Positions 23,717 through 36,719 of a stretch of DNA of 64,000 nt are shown here, piece by piece. Position 1 is the first letter of the stretch. Every line of letters begins with the position of its first letter. The position numbers and the translations under genes are program-made. The notes under the pieces were generated by a model, which was not told the origin of the DNA, ran no database searches, and saw only the letters and a list, made by a program, of their open reading frames with translations. The stretch lies in assembly GCF_018977255.1 (NCBI RefSeq), contig NW_024704742.1, positions 21,206,001 through 21,270,000 on the forward strand. The letters run 5' to 3'. This DNA is from Callorhinchus milii (taxonomy: Eukaryota).

Positions 23717-24794
23717 AAGAGTATAACAAATCCCTTCTAAGATTGACAGCCACACTAAAGACTTGACACCAGTACACACAAGAACTTGACGTCATCCGGT
23801 TTCTGAGCTCAATACCATTACCTCAGCTGTTTGGAATTGAAATTGAATCGAATAGTTTTAAGCCAGATATCACAGGTGTATAAAACAGAAGCAGGGGGAT
23901 ATGCCTAATCCCCACAGAGAGGTAACCAGGCACCAGACAATTTTCAACAGATGGAGCTCGGTTCAGAAGTAGCACTTGTAGGTTAATGAACTATGGTAAT
24001 CTCACTCAGGTGTATCTATTAAACCTCTTCATGATTTAAAAAGATATCACACTGCATTTAGTGTTGCCATCCACAGGGAGCCACATAGGAAAGCCATTGC
24101 TGAAATTATACATTAGACACGAGGAATCTGATCATGTTCTGCGAACTGTCTGTGAATTTTGATTGTGGTTATCTATATTCACAATTACAATTAATTTCTG
24201 GCAAATTCAGATCCACAAAAAGTTAATGAATATTTGGTATTTCAGCATTAAAAATTCAAGCAAAATTTTTGAGTGTCACCTGGAGATCTTTTATTAATGA
24301 ACATAATTCGAATTGTATATCAAGATGGAGAAACTTCTTTCATTTTGTTTTTTTTGGAGTGGTGGAATGCCATGGTAAGTAATGATAAGGATATGTGGTT
24401 CATCAGTTAACTATTACTTACAATACGTCTGTTATAATATGGACTCTGGCTGTTACACACCAGTGGCTCTGCATTGCTTGTGACATCCTTGAGTTACTTT
24501 CCCATTGCTTCTCAGGAGCCATTCATTTTGAATTCCTGCAGTAGACATTTCCCATAAAATTTCTCTGTTTTGTAACTCTAATGATAATATTCGACTACTT
24601 TCTGAGCTAATCACTGGTCACTCTAACACATTAAATAACACAGTGTACAGATTTCTGAGAGCAATTAAAGACTTACTCTAAAATCCAGATTACATCATAA
24701 ATTCCCTCCTGCAGTTTTCAGTTTTCTATTTAAGGTATGCTTAAACAAATCATCCAAATAACATTAAATCTATTTTAATCAGTAGGTGAACTTT

Positions 24795-25030
24795 CACCCA
24801 CTCTCTGGAACTCCATCCCAGAGTCCCTTCAGCTTGTCCCCTTCCCCCCACCTTTAAAGCTGGACTCAAGGCTTTCTTTTTAATACTCTTTTAGCGCTTT
24901 CAGTCACCTTTCCCCCAACATTCCTCAGCAGCAACATCAACTTGGGTTCTCAGTCAGTTCTGTGAAGCAATTTCAGATTTCCTCCCTCCATGAAAAGCAC
25001 TGTATAAATGTAACAACATTGTTGTTGTTG
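24795..25030 (+). mobile_element. Degenerate L2 3' end
   Basis: CTCTGGAACTCCATCCC...CTTTAAAGCTGGACTCAAG...TATAAATGTAAC...GTTGTTGTTG. Confidence 0.7.
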
Positions 25031-25324
25031 TAACGACAGTGAAAGGCAATTCTGAAATTGCATTAAGAGAAGATTTCTAAAGAGTTTCCATTGAAATCCT
25101 CTGCTGTAACTGTGACTTTGCTAATAAACATATTCATCTGGATCTCTTGTTCTCCTTCATGTTTCCCTGTTTACAATAACTTCCTCTTGGACAGTCACAT
25201 TGATAGCATCAAATCGACAGAGCAACATTAGAATTCTGCTGTTTCATTTGGTTTCATTTTTCTAAGTGTTCTTTATACAGTGGCAGGAATTGTTAATATA
25301 GTGAACCTGATTTTGGAGTCTTGA

Positions 25325-25845
25325 GCACATTGCTAGTACAGCACGGAAATAGGCCACTTGGCCTAACCAATCCGTGCCGGTGTTTATGCTCCACAAGTCT
25401 TCACCCATTCCTTAAAGCCTCCCATTCCCTTCTATTCCCCTCTCCCTCCCTCATGTGAAGGTCTAGCTTCCTACTGAATACATCTATACTCTCTGATTCA
25501 ACCAATCACTCCAGGCAGCAAGTTCGACAATCTCTCTAAACTCTGTATGAAATAGTTCCTCCTTATTTCTCTTTTAGATTCCCTAGTCGTTACCTTACAT
25601 TCATGTCTTCTGGTTATGGACTCCCCAACCAGTGGAAACACTCTGTTGACATTAACCTAATCAAAAGGTTTTATAATTTTAAACATTTCGATTAGGTCCC
25701 CCCTTAAACATTTCTTCTATAGAGCAAAAAAAAGCCTAACCTATCCAGTATATCCTGATAGCAGTAACCTGCCAGCCCTGGTATCATCCTCATAAACCTA
25801 CTCTGTACTCTTTTCATCACTGCTATAATCTTCTTATAGTGTGGA
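25325..25845 (-). mobile_element. CR1 LINE 3' fragment
   Basis: The reverse strand has GGGGGACCTAATCGAAATGTTTAAAATTAT (GDLIEMFKI), TTTCCACTGGTTGGGGAGTCCATAACCAG and the terminal motif GGCCAAGTGGCCTATTTCCGTGCTG. Confidence 0.82.
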
Positions 25846-26348
25846 CAACATCATTAGTCGTTAGTTACTGTCAAAGAATTGGTGATGAGGCTGTTTTGCA
25901 GGAGGAGAATACCAAGCACCCAACACAAAAGTACAGCGATGTTTAGTGATGCAGATGCTTGCCTCACTGAACTTTGATCCACACTTGTTGGTATTATGTA
26001 GCCAGACTTGAAATCAATTTTAAGTCATTTAAATGCACACATTTAACAGGATCTTTCAAATCTCAAATGAAATTGAAAACTGAGGTTACAAACTAAATTG
26101 TAAACTTTCACAGAGCCTGAAAGGTGAGCTTCTAAACTGTTAACTGGACAGTAACAATTCCACTTTTTTGCATCTTTACACTAAGGTGAAAAAACTTGCT
26201 GTTATGGACTTCTCAACTATCCACTGCAGGGGAACATGCAAAATTTTACATTCCCTCCATATTGGTTTGGAAAATGGGATCACGATTGCTATACAGTAAT
26301 GAGGCTATTAGTGAGCTTTTGACCTATTATGGTTTTCTGAACATTCAG

Positions 26349-26511
26349 GAGCTGTGGAAAGCTGCTATGTCTGGAGACAAAGTGTGGAGGGATGTTTCCT
26401 GGCAACAGTATCTAAAAAAGATGTGCTTAGTACGCTTGATGATTCAGGGGCAGCTCGGACTACGTCTTGGCACAAAAAGACTGAAAGAGCTCCCGGGGCC
26501 TTCACAAAAAG
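26349..26511 (+). other. Candidate 163-nt exon; product unknown
   Basis: TTCTGAACATTCAG|GAG...AAAAAG|GTATTT. GC-richer unique island, open in two frames. No recognised homology. Confidence 0.22.
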
Positions 26512-26947
26512 GTATTTATTGAGCATTTTTTATTTGTTTGTCTTACAAACAAACAAATAAACAAATAAACAGTGCAGCCTCAATGCATTACTTGCCCATC
26601 CCATCATCATGACAAAGGCTATGCACAAACAATTGTGGCTTTACTCCCTTGTGAGGTAAAACATTTTCACCAAGCATTTCTTCTGAAGACCATGTCCTTT
26701 TAAAACCAAAGAGCAGCAAAGCAAGCTGTCATTCCTCAATAAGAGGGACATAAGCAGTAATTGATACAATAATTAGCACAACACACATCTCATTTTTTCC
26801 ACCATATTTTTATTTACATTATGTGGGCTAACATTTCACCTGGGTCTAAGATTGAATTTGCCAAATTCTACATGCTCTGAAATGCATTATTAATCGAATA
26901 AATCTAGACCAACGTTGGAATTTTTACGATATGATTTCATATTTATC

Positions 26948-27383
26948 AGTCAGCCGAGCTCAGTTGATAGCACTCTTGAGTCATAGCCCTGGTTTAGGAC
27001 CTTTAGCCCCAATTTAGGACTTTTAATTCATAGTCTTGCCTGACACTCCGGTGCATGCTGGAGTGTGCTGCAATGTTGCTATCCTGCAGTTGAGATGCTA
27101 AACGGAATGCCTGTCTGCTTGTTTGGGTGGACATTAAATATTTAAATATCCAATGGCACTGTTCAAAAAGAGATAGGAGTTTCTCTTGGAGTCCTGACCA
27201 ACAATCCCCCAAACAAAATTGATTACTCACTTCATGACTGTTTGTGGGACATTGCTGTGTGCAAATTGGCTACCGTGTTCATCTACAAAATACATTATCT
27301 CTATACTTCACAGAAAATCCTATGAAGCACTTTGAGACTTTCTGTTGGCATGAAAGGTGCTGTATGAAATGGAAGGATTATTA
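26948..27383 (+). mobile_element. Deu-domain SINE, near full length
   Basis: Head GTCAGCCGAGCTCAGTTGATAGCACTC; core GTGGACATTAAA...ATGGCACTGTTCAAAAGAG; tail GGATTATTA. Confidence 0.85.
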
Positions 27384-27999
27384 TATATGTATATTGCTTT
27401 AATTATGGAATAAAATAATAGCTTCAATAAAGTTACATTCTCTATGTGCTATCCTCCATCAACTGAAAGTCCCATACCTTAATAATAATAATCCTTGCAT
27501 TTGATATAGCACCGTATCACATCTTTGAGACGTCTCAAAGCGCTTCACTGGATATCTGTAAAGTGAATGGACTATATTTTGCCTTAAAGATTTGACAGAG
27601 CAACACAGTTTTCATCATATTTAGCATAGCGAACAGCAAACCCATGTACTCCACGCACAAACAACACTATACTGCAGGATTACAGAGTCCTGAAGTATCA
27701 CTCTGTGAAACCTTGATTTTCTTACACAATAAATAGTGCATTAACTTGCCAAGTGCGTGCTTGTAACGAGGCAAACACTATTCATTCACAGCACCGACAG
27801 TCCAGCGAGAGATGTGTGATTTGCATGAAAAAACAAATGAATTTGACAGTGAAACCATTGACAATGTTCCACTTACATAGCAATTGCCTCCTAATAGCAA
27901 TAACTACAATGAATCACTAACATCATTTACAAATCTGCTGTGCATGAACACTTCTCTGTATTCCCTAAAAATGAGCATGATGATCAGAAAATGATCACA

Positions 28000-28525
28000 T
28001 TGGTATTGAAGTCAGAAGGTATTTGGATCAAGCCCCAAGTCAGTACTTTAATCTCACTGTCTACATTGATGGTCCATAGCAGTATAAGGAAAGCAGGCAT
28101 TGTTGGAGGTGCCATTCTTTGGCTGAGGTGTTAAACTGAAGTCATGTCTGCTTGTTCAGGTTACAGATCCCAGGCAACATTAGAAAAAGAGACGCGAATT
28201 TCTCCCAATGTCCTGGCCAGCAACCCCCCAAATGCCCCCCTGTACCCTCCAAAAAAAAGCTGCCACATTCACCCCCAAAACACACAGAAAACAGTGCATC
28301 ATGTGAAGCACTTTGGGATGTCCTCCCAACATGAAAGACATTATAACAAATATATGGATGGTTATTATTATTAATTTCATAGCTATTTGTGGGACATTGC
28401 ATTACACAAATGACTGCTGTGTTCACCTGCACATACACTTTGCAGTAAAAATCTTGTAAAATGTTTTGAGATGTTTTGATGAAGTGATAAGGTGCTATAT
28501 CAAATGCAAGAATTATTTAGTATTA
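28000..28525 (+). mobile_element. Deu-SINE with a nested SINE tail (about 28270-28372)
   Basis: GGCATTGTTGGAGGTGCC...TTCTCCCAATGTCCTGGCCAGCAA; two successive stem-loop/(TTA)n tails. Confidence 0.72.
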
Positions 28526-30697
28526 TTGGAAGAACCTAGCCCCATGTTTTGAGCAAGAATTATGTCCGTGCCAACTGGCAAGAAGCTTGTTTGTTAGCTC
28601 TTCTAATCTGGCTGACTCGAAGACCCCAGAGTTCAATACTAATCTGATTGGATCCGGAGACCTTCTAATGTCTGCAGTCTGCTTTGCCTCTGGCATTTGA
28701 TTCAGGGAAATTAAATGTCACTTTATAAGCAGCAAGTATCTGTGAATAGGTTTCCTATTCCTGATGTCTCCACATGATGTTTGCTTAGTGCAGTTATCAG
28801 TCCAATTGGATTGCTGTAGTTATTAGTGGAAAGGAACATATAAAGAATCAGGGATAACACCAGAACATAATGGAGACTGATTGAGGTCACCATGTCCCAT
28901 AAATAAATGATTCATTTTTTGGGTGGGAAATAGAGTAGCAGAGTCGATGAACTTATTGTCATTGAATGTGCATTTCACATTCCACGTTCCATGATCTGAA
29001 AATAGCCGAGCCCTAGTTAAACTATTATGATACATCTCATCTTCCCTTCATGGCTGTTTGTGGGACATTGCTGTATGCAAATTGGCTGCTATGTTTGCCT
29101 TCAAAATACAGTCACTCTATTTCACAGTCAATCCTGTGAAACACTTTGAGTAGTCCTCCTGACATAAAAGATGTTTTATCAAATTTTATTATTATTATTC
29201 TCATCTAGCTGCAACTGACCAATACCAAAATAATTTCATCAGTTTCACCCAGATCCAAATGGCCTTGAAATCTCCTATTCACTCTCATTAAATAATTTTG
29301 TCACATAGGTCATGGAACCACCGTTGGTATTAAAGAGATAAACAATCACAAATTGGCCTTGAATTGCAATATAAATAAAATAAAACATAAAATGCAAACT
29401 GGTCAATACACAAGGAAAATGGGTTATTCCTACGGTATCAGATAGCTCAGAATATTGGGTTATGAGTCCTAATGTTAGTTGGTAAGAATATTGCTCAAAA
29501 AATCAACCCAGTCATTGATCCACATTGAATGAACAATGGGGTCAAAGCAAAAGAGTATGAAATGCAAACATGCAATGAGAACTTAGAAAATAGTGATGAG
29601 GTTAAAAAGAGTGCAATTGTTTGTCACATGCGATAAACCTTCTCAACAATACATACCTATCTCAGGTAATGTAAGCCAACTGTTAAGGTTAAGCTCTTGC
29701 AAACTTCCCAATATAGTAAGTAACCTGCTGGTTTGCTTTGAAGCAAAACTCTCAACAATTCTTAAGTATGAGGTACAATGAAGAGCAGCAGTTTCAGGAC
29801 CAGGGACAGCATACTGTGAAAGCAGATTCTTGCTAACTCATTCATATTGAAAGCTGAACTGCTCATAGATGTTGCAGAATAATATCTTGATCAATGTGTG
29901 CATTAGTAATAAATATCTACCCTGACAAGAGAAGTATGAAAGCCTTTATAAAAAAATAAAAGGCATTATAAAAAAAATGAAAGAACGCAGCCTGCATTAT
30001 CAAAGTTAAGCGATCTGTAAACTGCTAAAGAACAATGACAGTGTTGGAGAAATTAATACCCTTTAGTATGGAAACAAAGAGGAAAGAGGTAAAATGGAGA
30101 AATTTCAGGAGAGAATATTTAAGAATGATACTGTAATTCTACTGTATTTAAATTTTACTGTAGTTTTTACTGAAATTTCTTCCTGTATAACAGCATCCTG
30201 CGGCTCCGATAATGTATCATATCTCCTCACACATGGAAAGTAATTTCTATTATCCAGTCAATTTGGTGGACAGATATGCCGTGTGTGTGGAGGGAACCCA
30301 AATGTGTTTTGGATATGTTACAGAATGGTGTGAAATGATTGAATGAGCGAGTGTACGGCCTGTGATTTTGTAGTGCCATCCATGCTGGGCCATACCTAAT
30401 CAGTCAGGTGATTCTAAGCAGATACATTTTGCATTGGATGCCCAAAGAATTTCATTTGCTAACCTGCTTAGCACTGTAGCACAATATTTTATGAATATAT
30501 ATTTATATACTGCGACGTAACTTCTGCATATTGGTTCAATATTTAATATATAAACTGTGTTGAGATGTGTGTCTTCACTGTCATATTGCTTTTGAAACCT
30601 TTTATTGTATCCCTTTGAAAAAAGCAGTGTCTAATAACTTAAAACCGTTAATTTTTTTTCAAACAGTGTGGAAGAAGTGATGGGCTCAACTTCATTC

Positions 30698-31678
30698 ATG
30701 GACTTGACCTAGGGACCAAATTGTATTAGATAACCAATTTTATTTGGGAGATGACACAAACCTTGGAAAAGTAGTAACAGTGAGGAGAATAGTAGCAGAC
30801 TGCAGGAGGACATAGACACATCCTTAATTAGGGACGTCGTCGTGGGGTACTTAGAAAATCATAACATGATTAGGCAGAGTCAACGTGGCTTTACGAAGGG
30901 AAATTATGTTTAACAAATCTTATAGAGTGTTTTGAGGATGTAACTTGCTGCAGTTGTATAAGGCCTTGGTGAGACCGCACCTAGAATATTGTGTGCAGTT
31001 TTGGTCTCCTTATTTAAGAAAAGGCGTACTAGTCTGAGTGGTGGTGTAGCATAGATTCACTAGGTTGGTTCCTGGGATGAGGGGTTTGACCTATGAGGAT
31101 AGGTTGAGTAAACTAGGCCTATATTCTCTAGAATATAGAAGAATTAGAGGTGATCTTATAGAAACCCATAAGATTTTTAAGGGTCTTGACAGGGTAGATG
31201 CTATGAGACCGTTTCCCCTGGTTGGAGAATCTAAAACTAGGGGCATTAATCTCAAGATTAAGGGTCAACCTTTTCGAACTGAGTTGAGGAAACATTTCTT
31301 CACTCAGAGAGTAGTGAATTTGTGGAATTCTCTACCCCAGAAGGCTGTGGATGCTCAGTCTTTGAACATGTTGATAGATTTCTGAAGGATAGAGGGATTA
31401 AAGGATATGGGGATAGGGCGGGTAACGGAATTAGGTTCGAAGATCAGCCATGATCTTATTAAATGGCGAGGCAGGCTCGAGGGGCCGAATGGCCTACTAC
31501 TGCTCCTATATCTTGTGGTCTTATAGACTGCAGGAAGACATAGACAGGCTGGTAACATGGGCAGACAATTGGCAGATGGAATTTAATTCAGAGAAGTGTG
31601 AAGAATGCATTTTAGGAAGACAAATAAGGAGAGGCAATATCAGATAAATGGTACAATTTTAAAGGGGGCGCAAGAACA
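30698..31678 (+). mobile_element. Outer CR1 RT fragment split by an inner CR1 (outer pieces about 30698-30818 and 31525-31678)
   Basis: GATGACACAAACCTTGG (DDT.LG)...RLQEDID | insert | RLQEDIDRLVTWADNWQMEFNSEKCE. Confidence 0.88.
30819..31524 (+). mobile_element. Inner CR1 copy, 5'-truncated and internally deleted, flanked by a 22-bp TSD
   Basis: YLENHNMIRQSQRGF...FEDVT joined to [22 protein letters not shown]...RGDLIET...FFTQRVVNLWNSLP; terminal GGCCGAATGGCCTACT. TSD at 30797-30818 and 31525-31546. Confidence 0.92.
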
Positions 31679-32817
31679 CCTGCCTCACCTGCTATTCCCT
31701 CTCTGAAACCCTCCAATCGGGTTTCCATCCTCCTCACAGCACAGCAACAGCCCTGGTAAAAGTCACTAATGACATTCTGAACATCTGCAACCAGGGCTCT
31801 CTCTGCCTCCTTGTCCTCCTCGACTTATCTGCTGCCTTCGACACTGTCGACCACTGTATCCTCCTACACTGCCTTTTCTCTCAGCTCAATCTTCGCAGAC
31901 CTGCCCTTGCCTGTTTCGAATCCTACCTCTCCCACCACCTCCACTTTGTCGCCATCTTCTTTTCGATATCTATATGTTTCCCCTCATCCGCAGACACTTT
32001 CACATGTAAACGGATGACACTCAACTCTATCTCGCTGCCTCCACCCTCGATTCCAGGACCACTGCTGTCCTCACAAGACTGCCTGTTGGACATCAAGTCC
32101 TGGATGAGAGCTAACTTCCTGCAGTTGAATGTCAACAAGACCGAGCCCCTCCTGCAAGGCTCCCATCAGCTCCTCGATACCTCAGGCGCTGACGACATCT
32201 CCCTCCATGGATGCATTCTACATCTCATAGAGCCAATACGGAACTTCAACATCCTGGTTCGACCCTCAACTGTCCTTCATACCCTACATCCATGCCATGA
32301 CCTTCCCCGCCTTTTCCCATTTCCGCAACATTTCCCAGTTCTGACACTGTCTCACACCATAGCCGCCGAGTCCCTCACAGACACATTCATAACATTCAGG
32401 CTCGACTACGCAAACTTTTTGCTTGTCGGTCAACTCCTCCCCCCACAGGCTGCAGATCATCCAGAACTCTGCAGACCATGTCCTCTCCCGCATCAGGTTC
32501 CGTGACCCTATCACCCCCATCCTTACCCAACTCCACTGGCTTCCCATCACGCAGAGGATACAGTTCAAGATCCTGGCCCTCACCTTTAAAGCCCTCCATG
32601 GCCTCGCTCTCCCCTACCTCTCCTAACCCCCTACCATCCTGCTCACTCTGTCCACCTCACTCCTCCCTTGCGTCTTTCAAGACCCATCTGAAGAACCTCC
32701 CCTTCGACCATGCCTTTGGTCGCCCTTCTTCCCCCCATGCCCTCCACTCTCCCCGATCCTGACCCCCAGCAAAACACTGCTTGTCCGGTGCTATATAAAT
32801 GTAATTTTGTTGTTGCT
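31679..32817 (+). mobile_element. L2 LINE, 5'-truncated, decayed RT plus C-terminus
   Basis: [22 protein letters not shown]...[13 protein letters not shown]...QLNVNKTE...LHWLPITQRIQFKIL; (TTG)n tail. Confidence 0.9.
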
Positions 32818-33236
32818 ATTGTATTCTTCTAAAACCAGAGAAGGTTGAGGGGAGATTTAATAGAGGTGTTCAAGATTATGATGGGTTTTCATAGATTAGA
32901 TAGAGAGAAACGGTTTCCTCTGGCAGGTGGGTCGGTAACCAGAGGATACAGATTTAAGATAATTGGCAAAAGAACCAGATGAGAGACAAGGAGAATTATT
33001 TTTACCCAGAGAGTTGTGACAGTCTGGAATGCATTGCCTGAAAAAGTGGTGGAAGCAGATTCTCTAATTGCTTTCAAAAGGGAATTAGATAGGTACTTAA
33101 AAAGGAAAAAAAATGCAGGGCTATGGGGTAAAAGCAGGGTAGTGGGATTAGTTAGTAGCTCTTTCAAAGAGCTGGCACAGGCACGATAGGCCGAATGGCC
33201 TCCTTCGGTGCTGTAAAATTCTATGATTCTATGATT
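32818..33236 (+). mobile_element. CR1 3' end with ATTCTATG tandem tail
   Basis: RRLRGDLIEVFKIM...FTQRVVTVWNALPEKVVEA; GGCCGAATGGCCTCC; ATTCTATGATTCTATGATT, the canonical CR1 8-bp tail. Confidence 0.93.
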
Positions 33237-33244
33237 GTTGACCA

Positions 33245-33486
33245 TGACAGTGGGAGAAACTCCCTTCTCTTTTCGAATGGTGCCATGGGATCTTTAATGA
33301 TCTCCTGAACAGGCAGATGGGACTTAGGTTTAACATCTCATCCAAACGATGGCATCTCTGACAATGCAACACATCCCAGCACTACATTGGAGAGTTAGCC
33401 TGGACTGTGAATTCAAACTCCCACTGTTGGGCTTGAGCCCACAATCTTCTGACTCAAAGGTAAGAGTGCTACCAGCTGAACCAGTA
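33245..33486 (-). mobile_element. Deu-SINE 5' half
   Basis: The reverse strand has TCAGCTGGTAGCACTCTTACCTTTGAGTCAGAAG and AAAGATCCCATGGCACCATTCGAAAAGAG. Confidence 0.82.
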
Positions 33487-34581
33487 CTGATAAACTGTTG
33501 CTTTGTTTCTTGTGTCTTGCTTCAAAGGATGGACGTAAGCATTCTTATTCACAGAGGGGATAGGCTGGATGAAGGACAGAGATCAAAGGCAATGGTGATA
33601 CAGGATTTTTTACTTTTTAAAAGTAAAATTGCCATTGTTTGGTATTGTTTATTAAGTTCAGAAGAGAAAGGGATAACAAGCTTGAATCCTGAAGGTTAAA
33701 ATTCACTGAAAACCTAAATAAGATGAATTATTGGGATGAAAAATACAATGTTCATTATAGATTCAATGTGATCATATCAAAGGTATAGTGAAGCTACTCT
33801 TCACTCCTGTAATCCGCAAAATAATTGATCAGTCTTTTCCTTTCCCCCTTTATCCCATTTTTAAATATTCCAGAGTGTCTCGCTCTTTTTAAAGGAGTTA
33901 AGCAATGTGACATTAGATATCAGATGCATCCAATTAGTTCTCCGTGGGAAGAAAATAATTTATTTTTATCTCTAATCTCGCTTAAACTTGTTACTTTGTA
34001 TTCACATAGATTTCAGCTATAAGATCGCATAAAGGAACAAATAACATGTTTACATTTGAATTATCCTCACCACTCAGCATTTCAAAGACTTGCTTCTTGT
34101 CACTCTTAGATTGGCCAGACATATTGATGGTGTTTACCGTGATGTCCATAGTAGAGGTTAAAAAGAAGTCAATAGAGGACTAGTTATTATGCACAGGTTT
34201 TATTCTATTAAAACATAATCCCTGTGGGTCTGACGAGCTATTAATGCAGGGCCTGTCAATAACTGGATGCTTTATTGATTGTGTGAGATTGATATCAATT
34301 TCAAATGTCTTGTTCTGTTCTCTCAGTGAAATTGGTAGCCATCAGGCAACCACAAGTAGCAATAAAAAAATCAAAGGGGAATCAGAAAAGGAGCACCTCA
34401 AACTGAAATTGAATGAAATTAAATCAACTGTGCATTTAATTAGTATTATTTGGTATCCATCTTTTAGATGTGATATTAAGTCAAGAAGTTAAGTCTATCA
34501 GGTCCAGTGGTTTAGGTGGACATTAAAGATCCTATCACGATTTCAAAGAAGAACAGTGAGCTCTCCGGGTATCCTCGTAGC

Positions 34582-34612
34582 GGGGTGGGGGGGGGGGGGG
34601 AGGGGGGGGGGG
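34582..34612 (+). repeat. Poly-G tract (G-quadruplex capable)
   Basis: GGGGT G14 A G11. Confidence 0.9.
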
Positions 34613-35717
34613 ACATGATCGAGGTCTTGAAAATGATGGAAGACATTGATGGTGTGGTTGATTTAGCCCACAAGAGCTAAACAAATCTAGTGACATTTCA
34701 TTTGTTATTAAAGTGCTTAACTTTAGAGTTGCGTGCTTATTATCGATAAATGCTGCCAACTTTAGTAACTTTGCCAACTAACTGAATTTATCTTCCTCCC
34801 CCACACTGTAGAGAAGACAAATTCAAAACGAAAAAGCCTCAAGTTAGAAGGTTAGAAGGTTTTGATGTTCGCTCACAGAACAGTGAATATTTGAAACAGA
34901 CTGTCAATTAAAAAAAATTGATTGAATGTCTTCTTAAAAAGAACTAGACAAGTATTTGTTTGAGAGCAGTATTGTATTGTAGGATAAGAGCAGAAGTGCA
35001 GAGATAAAGATAATGATCCACTGGGAGAAACACAGTGTAGCTAATTGAACAGGGAATGTTGATTATGAAGGAAGGGAGGGCAAAATCCAATAGAGGAGAT
35101 ATCCTTTCAAGTCATTATATTTCATATACCTGCTTGCTTTCCTCTTGAAGCCCACAATGGACTCTACCTCTGCTTTACTTGGCACGGCGTTCCATATCTC
35201 AACAGCTCTCTGAGTGAAAAAAATTCTCCTTAGCTCTCCTTTTTATCTTTTTGTGGCTAACTCATATCTACGTCCCAAGTCACTGATTCCACTTCCAGTG
35301 GAGTTTTGGGGTTCTGGAACTTTGGGGGTTAAAGGAGTACGAATTAAGTGTAGGAGCAAGTATAAAATGTAATATTTTAAGTCATAAATAATTGAGTTGC
35401 ACAAAACATTTACGTTTGCTACCATGTTCAAAGAGATTCTCTCTGAGTCTCTTTCAAGAGGCTCTCATTTATTTCTTCGGTTGTACAATGCCCACAGCAT
35501 TCCAAATCAAAACATTTTGACATTCAATAGCTTTTGTGTTCTTGATATTTCATCTGATTAATTGGTTAGTGCTTCATATTTCATCTGTGTCAGTTACAGC
35601 TCATTTATTGAGCAATGAACTATCTATATTCTGACCACCGCAGTGGACAAATAATTGAGTGTTCTTATCAACTGCAGTCACTCATCTACTGAACACGATT
35701 ATATAGAAATGCTGTGA

Positions 35718-36300
35718 ATTTTTGGGGTCAGCCGGATGTCTGACACACAGTAAATCCATCACCATGTTTAAGCCTATCCAAACCAGACTGAGATATTCGT
35801 GCAACCCACCTACACACAGAAATTCTTGTGTACTAGAATGGAATGCCTATTCTCTCCCCAGAGCGCTGCAATCTGCTTACCTAATTCCAGATAGCATTAG
35901 GAGCAGGTTAGCAAGAGCCAAGGTTTGGGGACCGGGACTGTACGTTGGGGTACTGCTGGAGTCTAACCAGCTAAAACCGCATAGCTTGCCATTGATATTG
36001 CTGTCTGGCAAGCTTTCCCCACTGCTTGTCCAGCTAGGTCCACCCTACCCATTTGGGCTTTGGCTTGCAGAGATAACTGGATCTGAGTTGGAGGATTCCC
36101 TGCATGCAGTGAATGGTTTCCCCTTCTAAATCCTACCGATGAGCCAGCCTGGCTAGTCTATCCTCAGTAGTGCCTTGGAGTACCTCGGACCTTCCTTGCT
36201 CAGGAACCGGACTACCGAGACCACCACAGAGGGCTGACACGATTCTGACATTCCCCGGCCAAACATGTCACCTTGGAGCCAGTTCAACTGTATGGAGACC
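35718..36300 (-). repeat. Unidentified old interspersed repeat (family X), long copy
   Basis: The reverse complement aligns by eye with 51010-51573 over about 570 bp, e.g. TGTGGTGGTCTCG, CAAGCTATGCGGTTTTAGCTGGTTA and TCTCAGTCTGGTTTGGATA. Confidence 0.88.
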
Positions 36301-36439
36301 ACCCCCTCCGTGAATTCTTACCTTCACCCAAGAGTAGTGGAACTCTTAGATAAGTATTATAAGGCTACATGATCCTGAGTCTTTACTGCATTACACTTTA
36401 TGTTATATTATTGACCACCCATGCGCTTTATATTCTCCA

Positions 36440-36559
36440 CTGTTACCCCAGCTGACATAACCTAACTCAACACAGATGGAGGATCAAACCTGAGATCTTC
36501 TAATCTGTTTGGCTCAGTTCCATACTGGGCTGTGTCTTTAATACATGAGCCACCAGGGA
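36440..36559 (-). mobile_element. LF-SINE-like 5' head
   Basis: The reverse strand reads CCCTGGTGGCTCA...ACTGAGCCAAACAGATTAGAAGATCTCAGGTTTGATCC...TCTGTGTTGAGTTAG...TCAGCTGGGG. Confidence 0.65.
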
Positions 36560-36719
36560 ATCTCAGCAAAAATCTTATTGAACAAGTAAAGTGCTTGGCT
36601 CCTGATGCATGTGTAGTGGTGTTGATTTACTATTAGTGTTGTATAACAAGATGTATTATTCCTGTCAGTAGTTCTTCACGGCCATAAAGATATAAAGGGG
36701 TTTCATCTGTGGTGTTTCA

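Noticed and set aside
24360..24374. Second 15-nt microexon candidate (poly-T, GAG|TGGTGGAATGCCATG|GTAAGT)
   Set aside because: A GAG acceptor is rare and there is no other support.
34535..34777. Polyproline ORF
   Set aside because: An artefact of the poly-G tract next to a Deu-SINE fragment.
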